A stretch of 62,326 nucleotides of DNA, filler included. It is 9 parts of 9 records of this genome, joined end to end, with 100 filler letters (N's around TTAATTAATTAA, not from the genome) between each part and the next. Parts side by side here need not be neighbours in the genome. Positions count along the whole stretch, not along the records: positions 32,420 to 37,627 come from SRR31156797_73642; positions 37,728 to 43,249 come from SRR31156797_73658; 7 more parts are not named here. One strand, 5' to 3'. Shown here piece after piece: positions 32,702-42,700 of this stretch (position 1 is the first letter of the stretch; each line of letters opens with the position of its first letter). Under the pieces are notes generated by a model. It had not been told where the DNA came from and made no database searches. It saw only the letters and a list, made by a program, of their open reading frames with translations. The translations under genes were made by a program, and so were the position numbers.

Positions 32702-33658
32702 TTAATTTTCACTGAAGTAGTCGATCCATTTTTCCAGTATGGATGGATACTCTGCGATATCCGAACCGACGTAGTAGGGCAGATCCGTTGCGATCCTCCC
32801 GTTGCTGATGGCGGGGATGGCGGCGAAGGCTTCGTCACCGGCGGCCATTTCCAGGATCTTCTCCTTAAGCTCTTCCTTCCCAGGACCGTAAAGGACGATG
32901 GCGTCGGGATCGGCTTCGGCCAGAAGCTTGAGATTCATAACGGGGAAATAGCCCTTGGTCAGTTCGTTGCCGGCGTCATTCAGCAGGTCCCCCACGTTTT
33001 CACAGCCGAAGGGCCCGAGGAATTCTTTGTCCAGATAGAAGCCCCTGGATTCGGCAGAGACGAAGAGGCGTCCCGTCTTTTTTTTCACCACTCCCCTGAG
33101 GGCGACGACCTTCTGGCCGGGAACAACATCCGCCATCCCCGCCTGAGCGCTTTCCAGGTCCCTTGCGTACTGCCTGTACAGCGCTCTGCCTTCCTTTTCT
33201 TTCCCGAAGAGAGCGGCGGTTTCCATGATGCCCGTCTCAAGGCTGTCGGAGAAATCCACCAGGTCAACTCTGACGTCAACATCCTTGAGGATGTCAGCCA
33301 TCTTTTCGGGTTTCGCCTTTTCCATCAGCATACAGAAGCTGCTGTTCTTCTCGACGATGACCCATTCGATGCCGTTCTTCTCTATGTACTGGGGAAGAAG
33401 CTCGGGCAGCTTGATCGTTGTTTTGACAGGGCAGCCCAGAATCTCGACGGGGAGACTGTGGGGTTTGGCCCACTGGGAGGCCCTGACGGACACGGCTTTG
33501 GGCATATAGCCCAGGGAGAGAACCGTATCGAAGGCCCTGTCCCCGACGATAACGGCATTAATGGTTTCGGCCTCGGCACTGGCGGGGGCGGAGCTCTTCG
33601 TTCCCGCACAGCCGGCCAGAATAAATCCGGTTAGGAAAATTAAAATCAACTTTCTCAT
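32702..33658 (-). CDS. Lipoprotein, helical-backbone metal-binding protein
   Basis: Lipobox LAGC; LAEADPDAIVL, AIPAISNGRI. Confidence 0.75.
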   Translation of the reverse strand: MRKLILIFLTGFILAGCAGTKSSAPASAEAETINAVIVGDRAFDTVLSLGYMPKAVSVRASQWAKPHSLPVEILGCPVKTTIKLPELLPQYIEKNGIEWVIVEKNSSFCMLMEKAKPEKMADILKDVDVRVDLVDFSDSLETGIMETAALFGKEKEGRALYRQYARDLESAQAGMADVVPGQKVVALRGVVKKKTGRLFVSAESRGFYLDKEFLGPFGCENVGDLLNDAGNELTKGYFPVMNLKLLAEADPDAIVLYGPGKEELKEKILEMAAGDEAFAAIPAISNGRIATDLPYYVGSDIAEYPSILEKWIDYFSEN

Positions 33659-33813
33659 ATTAGTATTTAGAACCTCTAATAAAAATAGTAATAGCTAATT
33701 AAGGGTACTGTAATGCAGAAAAACTTACAAGCGATTAATTATGTATTAGTATTTTCCTCGTATATAGTTAAGCGGAAATCCCGTGCCGGGAGGCCCGGCT
33801 CTCCGCTTCTGTT

Positions 33814-34833
33814 TCAGGGGAGGCCGTCGAAGGCGTCGACGATTTTCTGCAGATTCTCCCTCATGGCTGCCAGATAGATTTCTTCGGGGGGCAGATCGCT
33901 GCCCATGGCGTCCATGGTCTCCAGCACGACGCCCACAGCTCCGGCCTCTTCCAGGACGGGTTTCAGCTTGGGGCTGATCCTGCGGCTGCTGATAAGCACC
34001 CGTGTGTCCATGTCCTCGATGCTCCGGCTGAGATAATCCAGGTCTTCTTCGCTCCAGAAGTAGGCGTCCTTGAGCAGATAGTCGACCACATCCACATTGA
34101 AGTCGTCTGTAAGGTAAACAAACTCAGGGGTCAGGGCGATGACGGACCAGGCGTCCGCTTCCACCAGAGCCATCTCGTACTCCGCCTTCAGCTTGATCAG
34201 CTTCTGCTTGAACAGGCGCAGGTTCTCATCGATGATATCCGCATTCTCAGGATCCATGCGCTTGAAGTCCCGGGCGATGAGCTCCGCCATCTTGGCCCCG
34301 TTGGAGAGGCTCAGCCAGACATAGGGAGAGCTGCCCGCTTCGCTGCCCCGCTTGCCCCGGTCCGAGGGAAAGCTGCTCTCCGGTATTTTCAGGGTTCCGA
34401 CTCCGGCGAACCGGGGATCCGCCGGTTCGGCCGCATCGGTGCGGACGGCATAGATGTTGTAGCGTCTCGTGTAGGCGTAAAGGGGATCGTTTTCCCATAC
34501 GCTCTTCAGGGATATGACTCCCCTCGCTTCCTCGGCCAGGGGAGCGAAGGCAGCGCTGTTCTCTTTGAACCAGCGGCCCTGGTCATCCATCCTGACCGCT
34601 TCTTCCATAGCCCTTTCCACCTGAATGTCCGTGCCCGAGGCCATGGCTGCCGCGATGGAAAGGCAGGCGTCCTGGGAACTGAGGATCACAGGATTCCCGG
34701 AGAGGGGGGGCGGCATGCTGGCTCCCGAGATATCGTCGGCAGGCTGTGGCTTATGACCCTTCAGCCGGTTGAGAACGAGCAGAAGGGTGAGGAGGATCAG
34801 CATGATAAGGGATAAGGCTATCAGTTTTTTCAT
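33814..34833 (-). CDS. Second metal ABC substrate-binding protein (FpvF-like)
   Basis: SPYVWLS, DPENADIIDENL, YLTDDF (ZnuA-like fold with the His ligand replaced). Confidence 0.8.
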   Translation of the reverse strand: MKKLIALSLIMLILLTLLLVLNRLKGHKPQPADDISGASMPPPLSGNPVILSSQDACLSIAAAMASGTDIQVERAMEEAVRMDDQGRWFKENSAAFAPLAEEARGVISLKSVWENDPLYAYTRRYNIYAVRTDAAEPADPRFAGVGTLKIPESSFPSDRGKRGSEAGSSPYVWLSLSNGAKMAELIARDFKRMDPENADIIDENLRLFKQKLIKLKAEYEMALVEADAWSVIALTPEFVYLTDDFNVDVVDYLLKDAYFWSEEDLDYLSRSIEDMDTRVLISSRRISPKLKPVLEEAGAVGVVLETMDAMGSDLPPEEIYLAAMRENLQKIVDAFDGLP

Positions 34834-34860
34834 TTCTTCATTTGTCCTTTTTTGAGAGTG

Positions 34861-35763
34861 TCAGGCGGCGCTGCGGAACTGTTTTCCCGTAATCCGGATG
34901 ATGGAACTTCCCAGGAAGATCAGCGAAGCGCAGAGGATGATGGCGCTTCCCGAGGGAACGGGAACGGCAAACATAACCGGCAGTAAGACGCCTGCCAGGC
35001 AGCTGGTCAGCGAGAAGACCATGCTGTAGAAAAAGAATCCCTTGATCGACTGGCTCAGGTTACGCGCCGAAGCGGCGGGGATCAGAAGGAGGGCCTCCAC
35101 CAGGATGGCTCCGATGATCTTGACCGAAGCGACGGTGATCAGGGTGACCATCAGGATAAACAGGTAGTTCAGAAGCTTCACCCGGACCCCTCTGACCGCT
35201 GCCAGGCTGGGGTTGAAGCTGGCCAGGAGCATCCTGTTGTAGTAAAGGATGCCCGCGCCCGTGCATATGATAGCGATGACCAGAAGGATATTGATGTCCA
35301 GGTCGTTGACCGTCAGGATGGAACCGAAAAGGATGCTGTCCAGGATGTGGACGTTCACCTTGGCCGTTACGAAAAGGAGGATGGCCGAGCCTCCTGCCAG
35401 GGACATGGAGAGAAAGACCCCTATCAGGGTATCCGTCCCCATCTTTGTCCGGTTCTTCGTGTAGTTCATTAACAGCCCGAAGAGGATGCAGAAGCCGAAC
35501 AGAGATACATAGGGCGCCGTAAAGGGTTCTCCCAGAAGGATGCCGATGGCCACGCCGGTCATGGCGGCCTGTCCGATGGCCTGGGAGAAGAAGGCCATTT
35601 TCTTGGTGACCACCATGGTGCCTATGGTTCCCAGAACGGGGCCGACGATCAGGGCGCAGATCAGGGCGTTGACCACGAAGGAGTACTCGAATATGTCGGG
35701 AAGCAGCCCTTTTTCGGCCTGGGCGGCCAGGAAGGTTCTGATGAAGGCGTATATCTGATTCAT
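34861..35763 (-). CDS. Metal ABC permease (ZnuB/FpvE-like)
   Basis: MAFFSQAIGQAAMTG, DTLIGVF, LFGSIL, GAILVEALLLIPAASA. Confidence 0.92.
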   Translation of the reverse strand: MNQIYAFIRTFLAAQAEKGLLPDIFEYSFVVNALICALIVGPVLGTIGTMVVTKKMAFFSQAIGQAAMTGVAIGILLGEPFTAPYVSLFGFCILFGLLMNYTKNRTKMGTDTLIGVFLSMSLAGGSAILLFVTAKVNVHILDSILFGSILTVNDLDINILLVIAIICTGAGILYYNRMLLASFNPSLAAVRGVRVKLLNYLFILMVTLITVASVKIIGAILVEALLLIPAASARNLSQSIKGFFFYSMVFSLTSCLAGVLLPVMFAVPVPSGSAIILCASLIFLGSSIIRITGKQFRSAA

Positions 35764-35769
35764 GTTTAT

Positions 35770-36519
35770 CTATCCTTGCTGAGAAAAAAGATCCAGTACG
35801 GTTTCCGAGTTGATGTACTCCGAGGGCGGGCCTGAGAAGAGCATCTTCCTGTTGACGCATGTCACCCCGTCGGCCAGGCGCATCACCTGCTTCAGGTCAT
35901 GGCTGATCCAGATGATGGTGACTCCGAGATCTTTCAGGTACGCCACGATCTCTTCGAACACGGGCGTGAAGCTGTCGTCCACTCCGGCCATGGGCTCGTC
36001 CAGCACCAGAAGCCCCGGGATGGGGTAGAGGGACTGGGCCAGGAGGACGCGCTGCTTTTCGCCACCCGAGAGCTGGCCGAAGATCCTGTCCTTTTTTTCG
36101 CTCATCCCCACCGCTCTCAGGGTGGTGCGCATGGCCTCCCTGTGCTTGGGGGACAGGCCGAAGAAGGCCGGGCGGACCTGGCAGATCATGGCCATGAAGT
36201 CCATGACCGTGACGGGGAGGGTGCGGTCGAAATCCAGGATCTGGGGCATGTAGCCGACGACCCTTTTGCCGGGCCAGTCGACGGCGATGGTGCCCTCATG
36301 GGGCATCTGACCCAGAAGGGAACGCATGAGAGAGGTTTTCCCGCCGCCGTTGGGGCCGATGATGCAGTGGACAGAACCCGGTGCCACAGTGAAGCTCAGG
36401 CCGTGAAGGATCTGGTTGCTGCTCAGGGTGAGCCCTACGTTTTCGAAGCGGACGGCGGGGCCACCTTCCTCTCTGTTGAAACTCCCCGACAGCTGGTCGA
36501 GGGCGTTGATGATTGACAA
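35770..36519 (-). CDS. Metal ABC ATPase
   Basis: GPNGGGKT, LSGGEKQR, LDEP. Confidence 0.95.
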   Translation of the reverse strand: MSIINALDQLSGSFNREEGGPAVRFENVGLTLSSNQILHGLSFTVAPGSVHCIIGPNGGGKTSLMRSLLGQMPHEGTIAVDWPGKRVVGYMPQILDFDRTLPVTVMDFMAMICQVRPAFFGLSPKHREAMRTTLRAVGMSEKKDRIFGQLSGGEKQRVLLAQSLYPIPGLLVLDEPMAGVDDSFTPVFEEIVAYLKDLGVTIIWISHDLKQVMRLADGVTCVNRKMLFSGPPSEYINSETVLDLFSQQG

Positions 36520-36529
36520 GCGGGGCCTC

Positions 36530-37441
36530 CTAGCGCTTTCGGGCGACGGTTCTCAAAAGGGTGTCCGTCAGGCTGTCCAGATTCTTCCTGATCCCGATCT
36601 CGAAATTCTCGGCCGAGTAGGGGCCGGAGCTGAGATGGGAGAGATGGGCGATGGAGACGCCCGTTTCCCCTTCGATGGTTTCCACGTACTGATCCTCAAA
36701 GGCCATCTCCGTAAACAAGACGTCCACGTTCAGAGCGTTGATCTTGTCTATGGTTTCTTTCAGCTGGCTGGCGCTGGGCTGGGCGCCGTGGCTGGGTTCC
36801 ACAACCGCCGTGACCTGGAGGCCGAACTCTTGGAGCAGGTAGTCATAGCCTCCGTGAATGGTGGCGCAGCTGAAGTCCATATTCTCGATGCCGGCGATCT
36901 TCCCCATATACTCGGCTTTTATTTTTCGCAGCTTCTTCGTGTAAGCCCTGGTGTTCCGTTTGTACTCATCCGCATTGACCGGATCCAGTTCCTGCAGGGC
37001 CTTGCTTATATTGTAGATCTGCTGGATGGAAGCGGTGATGGAGATAAAGCTGTGGGGGTTGACGATGCGCTGAACCGAATCGTAACCGGACACGGGGATC
37101 AGGGACACCCCGTCATTGGCGTAGATAACGGGCAGCCTCTCTCCCATCTGGGCCGCCTCCATGATCTCGAAGGCGAACTCGTCATGGCCGATGCCGTTGA
37201 CGACGATACAGTCCATGGTCATCACCCTTTTGGTATCTTCGGGTTGGGGATTGTAGGCATGGGAGTCGGCGTCGGCGCTGATCAGGGGGACCAGCTCCGC
37301 CGCGTCGCCGACGATGTTTTTGACAAAGCTGTAATAGGGATGAAGGGTGATGCCCACCCGCATCTTTTCCGCCCAGGTCTGCTGTACCGCGACGGACAGA
37401 CAGAACAGGATGACAATGGCCCTTGTTATTCGTCTTTTCAA
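36530..37441 (-). CDS. Metal ABC substrate-binding protein (FpvC/ZnuA-like)
   Basis: GITLHPYYS, DSHAYNP, NGIGHD, NPHSF, HGGYDY. Confidence 0.92.
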   Translation of the reverse strand: MKRRITRAIVILFCLSVAVQQTWAEKMRVGITLHPYYSFVKNIVGDAAELVPLISADADSHAYNPQPEDTKRVMTMDCIVVNGIGHDEFAFEIMEAAQMGERLPVIYANDGVSLIPVSGYDSVQRIVNPHSFISITASIQQIYNISKALQELDPVNADEYKRNTRAYTKKLRKIKAEYMGKIAGIENMDFSCATIHGGYDYLLQEFGLQVTAVVEPSHGAQPSASQLKETIDKINALNVDVLFTEMAFEDQYVETIEGETGVSIAHLSHLSSGPYSAENFEIGIRKNLDSLTDTLLRTVARKR

Positions 37442-37450
37442 TGTGCTCTC

Positions 37451-37627
37451 CTAGCCTTTCAGTCTCTTCAATTCTTCTTCACCCGTGTAGGGAACGGCCT
37501 CGAACCAGCCGTTGATCACCAGGCTGCTCAGCTTGAAGCTTTCGGGAAAATCGGTTTCCCCCGCGGGGCTGTACCATATAGCATGGCCCTCTTCGTGGTC
37601 GCTGTAGAGCAGGAGCAGGAAGGCTCC
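37451..37627 (-). CDS. Accessory protein C-terminus (FpvK/DUF6162-like); 5' partial
   Basis: GAFLLL..HAIWY..LVINGWFEAVPYTGEEELKRLKG*, immediately upstream of the binding protein. Confidence 0.5.
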   Translation of the reverse strand, partial: GAFLLLLYSDHEEGHAIWYSPAGETDFPESFKLSSLVINGWFEAVPYTGEEELKRLKG

Positions 37628-37727
37628 NNNNNNNNNNNNNNNNNNNNNNNNNNNNNNNNNNNNNNNNNNNNTTAATTAATTAANNNNNNNNNNNNNNNNN
37701 NNNNNNNNNNNNNNNNNNNNNNNNNNN

Positions 37728-37999
37728 TTTTCATCGATTTCGCCCCCCAGAGCACCATGCCCGTATCCGGCACCCTCTCCTTTGACCAGGTCACCCTCAA
37801 CGTCATGGCCCCCCCCACCGGAACCGCCGCCACCACCGGAGCCGTCACCAACACAGGGTTTAACGCCGCCATCGAGGGCGCCGTGCAAAGCCGTGTCAAC
37901 GGCGCCTTTTACGGCCCGTCCGCAGAGGGCATCGGCGGCAATTTCAATGCGGACATGGGAGATATGAAGTTCCACGGCATTTTTGCCGGAGACAGATAA
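37728..37999 (+). CDS. C-terminal beta-barrel (transferrin-binding-like) protein; 5' partial
   Basis: VNGAFYGPSAEGIGGNF...GIFAGDR*. Confidence 0.6.
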
Positions 38000-38038
38000 A
38001 CAAAAAAGAAACCCACGGATATCCGTGCCGGAGATCAG

Positions 38039-40303
38039 ATGAGCAGACAAAGCCCCCGGCTGACCCTCACCCCTTTCAAGGCAGGGGTTGCCATGATCTT
38101 TATTGCCTGCCTGCTCTTCTACTCCTTTGGCGGCACCAAACCCGATTTCCTCCTGGCCATGGACAACCGAATCCTGGACACCATGTTCAAATGGCGGGGC
38201 GCCCGGCCCACAACCGGAGCGGTGATCATCGTCGACATCGATGAGAAAAGCCTGCAAACCATCGGCCAGTGGCCCTGGCCCAGGAACATCCTGGCGACCC
38301 TTACGGACAATATCCACAAGGCCGGTGCAAAGGCCCTGGGATTTGACATGGTCTTTCCGGAACCGGACAGGAGTTCCCCCAGCCGCGTTCTACATGAGAT
38401 CGAAAAGGCCCTGCCCCAGGCCCTGCCCCCCCTCCTCCATGACCTCAAGGGCCTTGACCACGACCGGATCTTCGCCAATGCCCTGTCCCGGGGCAACACG
38501 GTCCTGGGCTATGTGTTCCAGACCCGGGACGACGGGCTGAAAGCCCCGGGAGACCTGCCCTTTCCATCGGCCAGAATTGTTATCAGTCCCCTGGATTATC
38601 GTTTCAGGGATCTTGCCCTGATCCCGGCCTACCGAGCCATCCTCAACATCCCCTCCATTGCCATGGCACGGACAGAAGGGTTCTTCAACGTGTTCGCAGA
38701 TATTGAAGGCACCCTGCACCGGGTGCCCCTGATCATGGCCATGGATGGCCTGCCCTATCCCTCCATGGCACTGGAGACATTCCGGCTGGGCATGGAGATT
38801 TCCACCATCACCCTCCACGCCGCCACCCGGATAAAAGACGACGCCATACCGATCCTGGGCATCAGCCTGGACCAGCGCTTCATCCCCACCGACGGAAACG
38901 GGCAGATCGCCGTCAACTTCCGGGGCCCGCCCAACAGCTTCCCCTATGTGCCGGCCGTGGAGGTGATCCAGGGCAAGCATTTCCACCGGCTGAAGAACAA
39001 ATTTGTCCTGATCGGCACCACCGCGGCCGGACTCTTTGATTTCAGGGCCACCCCCTTCTCCCCCACCTGCCCGGGGGTGGAGGTGAACGCCACCATCATC
39101 GACAACCTCATGGCACAGGATCCCCTGCTCTATGACATTCATACGGAGATCGGCCTCACCTACACCCTTGTGATTGCGGGCGGTCTTCTGCTCACCCTGC
39201 TCCTGGTCCATGCCCCGCCCCTGACCGGCGCCATCGGGGGCCTTGTGATCATGGCGGGCATCCTGGTGGGCAACCACACCTTTTTATTCCTGAACAACCA
39301 ACAGGCCGGGGTCACCTTTCCCCTGATCTCGCTGCTTGCCATCTTTATCATTGTCACGACCCAGAACTTCTTCAGGGAAGGCAAGGACAGGCGCTACATC
39401 CAGCGGGCCTTCGGCCACTATGTCTCCCCCCGGGTGGTGGACCAGCTCATGGCCGACCCCACCTCCCTCTCCCTTACCGGGGAACAGCGGGAACTCACCA
39501 TCATGTTCAGCGACATCCGGGACTTCACCACCATATCGGAATCCATGGACTCCCGGGATCTGGGCACGTTCATGAACGAATACCTGACCATCATGAGCGA
39601 CATCGTGATGAAGCACAAGGGCACCGTGGACAAGTTCATCGGGGATGCCATCATGGCATTCTGGGGCGCCCCGGCCCATGATCCCAGACATGCAATCAAC
39701 GCGGTCAAAACGGCCCTGGCCATGCTCGAGAAACTCAGGGAAATGCAGGGGAAATGGATACACCGCAACCTGCCCTTCATCGACATGGGGGTGGGCATCA
39801 ACACGGGCCTTGTGAGTGTGGGCAACTTCGGCAGCAGGAACAGGTTCGACTACACGGTCATGGGGGACGCCGTCAACCTGGCCTCCCGCCTGGAAGGCGC
39901 CAACAAGAACTACGGCAGCAACATCATCATCTCCGAGTTCACAAGGGAAGCCGTTGGAAAGTCGTTCTTCTGCCGATACGTCGACCGGGTCCGGGTCAAG
40001 GGAAAAGAGACGGCCGTGGAAATCTATGAACCCCTTGTCACCGGCACGCCCCCCAGGGCCATGGCGGACGAGGTCCAGGCCTTTGAAAACGCTGTCGGTG
40101 CCTATCGCAAGCAACGGTTCCGGGAGGCCCTGGCGGCAATAGAAGAACTGAACCGGACCAGCCCCCAGCCCCTCTATGAAGCCTATATCCATCGGATACA
40201 CACCTATATGGAACATCCGCCCCCGCCTGAGTGGGACGGGGTGGAGCGGCGGGTCAATCCGCCCTTGCCCCAGGCTCCTCCGGCGTCCAAGGCCAAACCA
40301 TGA
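38039..40303 (+). CDS. CHASE2-domain class III adenylate cyclase
   Basis: IVDIDEKSL..GQWPWPR, PGVEVNA, FSDIRDFT, DKFIGDAIMAFWGAP, DYTVMGDAVNLASRLEG. Confidence 0.95.
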   Translation: MSRQSPRLTLTPFKAGVAMIFIACLLFYSFGGTKPDFLLAMDNRILDTMFKWRGARPTTGAVIIVDIDEKSLQTIGQWPWPRNILATLTDNIHKAGAKALGFDMVFPEPDRSSPSRVLHEIEKALPQALPPLLHDLKGLDHDRIFANALSRGNTVLGYVFQTRDDGLKAPGDLPFPSARIVISPLDYRFRDLALIPAYRAILNIPSIAMARTEGFFNVFADIEGTLHRVPLIMAMDGLPYPSMALETFRLGMEISTITLHAATRIKDDAIPILGISLDQRFIPTDGNGQIAVNFRGPPNSFPYVPAVEVIQGKHFHRLKNKFVLIGTTAAGLFDFRATPFSPTCPGVEVNATIIDNLMAQDPLLYDIHTEIGLTYTLVIAGGLLLTLLLVHAPPLTGAIGGLVIMAGILVGNHTFLFLNNQQAGVTFPLISLLAIFIIVTTQNFFREGKDRRYIQRAFGHYVSPRVVDQLMADPTSLSLTGEQRELTIMFSDIRDFTTISESMDSRDLGTFMNEYLTIMSDIVMKHKGTVDKFIGDAIMAFWGAPAHDPRHAINAVKTALAMLEKLREMQGKWIHRNLPFIDMGVGINTGLVSVGNFGSRNRFDYTVMGDAVNLASRLEGANKNYGSNIIISEFTREAVGKSFFCRYVDRVRVKGKETAVEIYEPLVTGTPPRAMADEVQAFENAVGAYRKQRFREALAAIEELNRTSPQPLYEAYIHRIHTYMEHPPPPEWDGVERRVNPPLPQAPPASKAKP

Positions 40304-40327
40304 TCCAACCCAGGGAAGAACTTTGTT

Positions 40328-40912
40328 ATGGAAAACAGTATAGGGATTTCAAAAAAAGCAGCGGTACTGATTATCGATATGCAGCGTGATTTCATTGATA
40401 AGGGCGCTCCCATCGAATGTCCGGGAGGAAGAAAACTGATCCCTCCCATCCAGCGTTTATTGTCCGTTGCCCGCCAAAATAAATTGCCGGTGATTTACAC
40501 CCAGGAAGCCCATCGGGCCCAGGGGGTGGATTTCGGCCGTGAACTGGACGGAGAAGAACCGGTACACTGCGTGGAAGGAACCCCCGGCATTGAAATCGTG
40601 CCGGACCTGGCCAGGCAGCAGGGCGATTTTTTGATTGTGAAAAGACGGTATAGCGCTTTTTTCGCTACGGATCTCGATCTGCTGCTCCGGGGGCTGAACA
40701 TTGACACGCTGATCCTTACCGGTGTGGCAACCGACGTGTGTGTGAGGGCCACGGCCCAGGATGCCCAGCAGTTGAATTACCGGGTCATCGTACCTGAAGA
40801 GTGCGTCGCCGGGACCTCGGTTGAGCAGCATCGCGCGGCCCTTAAGAACATCTCCTATATTCTTGGCAAGGTATTGTCCCTGGAGGATGTCATATCAAAT
40901 CTCAAACAATAA
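40328..40912 (+). CDS. Isochorismatase-family cysteine hydrolase
   Basis: IIDMQ, KRRYSAF, TDVCV (D-K-C triad). Confidence 0.93.
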   Translation: MENSIGISKKAAVLIIDMQRDFIDKGAPIECPGGRKLIPPIQRLLSVARQNKLPVIYTQEAHRAQGVDFGRELDGEEPVHCVEGTPGIEIVPDLARQQGDFLIVKRRYSAFFATDLDLLLRGLNIDTLILTGVATDVCVRATAQDAQQLNYRVIVPEECVAGTSVEQHRAALKNISYILGKVLSLEDVISNLKQ

Positions 40913-40925
40913 AAAATATGACGGA

Positions 40926-40960
40926 AGGCAAAGCGGGAAGAATCGGCTTTCGCCTTTTTC
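40926..40960 (+). terminator. Putative intrinsic terminator
   Basis: AAGGCAAAGC...GCTTTCGCCTT followed by a T run. Confidence 0.5.
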
Positions 40961-41034
40961 AGTCTGGTTTATCCATCTGAAAAATGGTATCTGACAATAT
41001 CAAGATACCATTAAGAAAGGCGAACCAACGACAT

Positions 41035-41742
41035 ATGAAACTCGAATCAATAATCAAACAACTGCTGGATGAACTCGATCCCCTGGAATTCAACGCTCCG
41101 GTAACCCACGTATACAACCCCCTGGAATATGCCCATGCCCCCCACATGGACTACCTGAATAAATACGGCGCCACCCCCAAGGAGGTCGTTATGGTGGGGA
41201 TGAATCCCGGCCCCTTCGGTATGGCCCAGACAGGCGTACCGTTTGGGGAAATTGAGATGGTTACCGGATGGCTTGGCATCCAGGGGGAAGTCGGGGAACC
41301 GAAAACCGTACACCCCAAGCGTCCCATCCAGGGATTCGACTGCAAACGGAGCGAGGTCAGCGGCAAGCGGCTGTGGGGATGGGCAAAGAAAAAATTTGAA
41401 ACCCCCGAACGGTTCTTTGACCGTTTCTTTGTGGCCAACTATTGCCCCCTGGTTTTCATGGAAGAGAGCGGACGCAACCGGACCCCCAACAACCTTCCCG
41501 TTGCTGAGCGCAGACCGCTCTTTGAAGTCTGTGACAAGGCGCTGAGGCAGACGGTGGAATATTTTTCTCCCAAGCTTGTGGTGGGAATCGGAAAATTCGC
41601 GGCAGACCGGTCCAAGGCGGCCCTGTCCGGTCTTGATATCACCGTTGGGCAGATTACCCATCCAAGTCCCGCCAATCCCAAGGCGAATCAGGGATGGGAA
41701 AAACATATCGAAGCAGAACTTAAGGCACTGGGGATTACGTAA
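41035..41742 (+). CDS. SMUG1-family (UDG family 3) uracil-DNA glycosylase
   Basis: YNPLEYA, GMNPGPFGMAQTGVPFG, SEVSGKRLW, NYCPL, HPSPANP. Confidence 0.93.
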   Translation: MKLESIIKQLLDELDPLEFNAPVTHVYNPLEYAHAPHMDYLNKYGATPKEVVMVGMNPGPFGMAQTGVPFGEIEMVTGWLGIQGEVGEPKTVHPKRPIQGFDCKRSEVSGKRLWGWAKKKFETPERFFDRFFVANYCPLVFMEESGRNRTPNNLPVAERRPLFEVCDKALRQTVEYFSPKLVVGIGKFAADRSKAALSGLDITVGQITHPSPANPKANQGWEKHIEAELKALGIT

Positions 41743-42480
41743 TTGGCAAAAGCGCCGAATAAAACGCCAAATCCGGCTGTTCTGCTTGCGGCCGGATTTG
41801 GAAAGCGCCTTTTTCCCCATACCCGTCATACGCCCAAACCATTGCTGACCGCCGACAACAAGCCGATTATAGACTATGTTTTCAACGCCTTAAAAGCAGC
41901 CAACCTCCGTAATATCCTCATGGTCACCAACTACCATGGGGATCAAATCATATCCCACACCAAAAAACGGTTTGGGAAATCATTCCAAATAACCTTTTGC
42001 CATCAGCCGCGGTTAGACGGAACGGCCGGTGCATTACGGTGTGCCGTCGAATGGATCAGGAATGGAACATCCGACGATTTTTTAATCACCGCAACCGATT
42101 ATCAGATGCCGGTTCACTATTTAAAAACGTTTATCCAGTTTCATTCAAACGGCAGCCAGGATGTGTCGGTTGCCCTGAGAAAAATAGCGGCATCCAAGGT
42201 AAAAGAGAGCAATATCACCCGTATCGATCAACACAACAGTATTATATCCATCTCCGAAAAGCCCCGGACTCGTTTGACAGATGGATACTTTACGGCCTCA
42301 TATCTGTTATATCTCCTGCCCCGTCAGAGTCTGGACTATTTGAACCGGGTTCAGCCATCAAAGAGGGGGGAATACGAATTACCGGAATTAATCAACCGGA
42401 TGATAAAAGCCGGATTTAAAGCAAAAGGCTATTTTGACGCTGCATTTCCGGAATGGGAAAAGAAATATGTGGCTGAATGA
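41743..42480 (+). CDS. Sugar-phosphate nucleotidyltransferase
   Basis: LAAGFGKRL.P.T..PKPLL, GTAGAL, EKP, SKRGEYEL. Confidence 0.85.
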   Translation: MAKAPNKTPNPAVLLAAGFGKRLFPHTRHTPKPLLTADNKPIIDYVFNALKAANLRNILMVTNYHGDQIISHTKKRFGKSFQITFCHQPRLDGTAGALRCAVEWIRNGTSDDFLITATDYQMPVHYLKTFIQFHSNGSQDVSVALRKIAASKVKESNITRIDQHNSIISISEKPRTRLTDGYFTASYLLYLLPRQSLDYLNRVQPSKRGEYELPELINRMIKAGFKAKGYFDAAFPEWEKKYVAE

Positions 42481-42700
42481 AAACAGCCCGGGACTGAAAC
42501 GCCCCTTGCATTATCCGGGTGGAGCCTGAAGTCGGATAATACCCGCCAAGTCAGCTTGACAACAGGGGACACACCAGTTCCCGCTCCATCGTTATCATCA
42601 ATAGAAATACGTTTCTGTTGGAAGAAGGGTGTTTACGTTGTAAACTATATTGGCGGCTGGTATAAAGAACAAAGCCATTGATAACAAACAGGAGACGATT

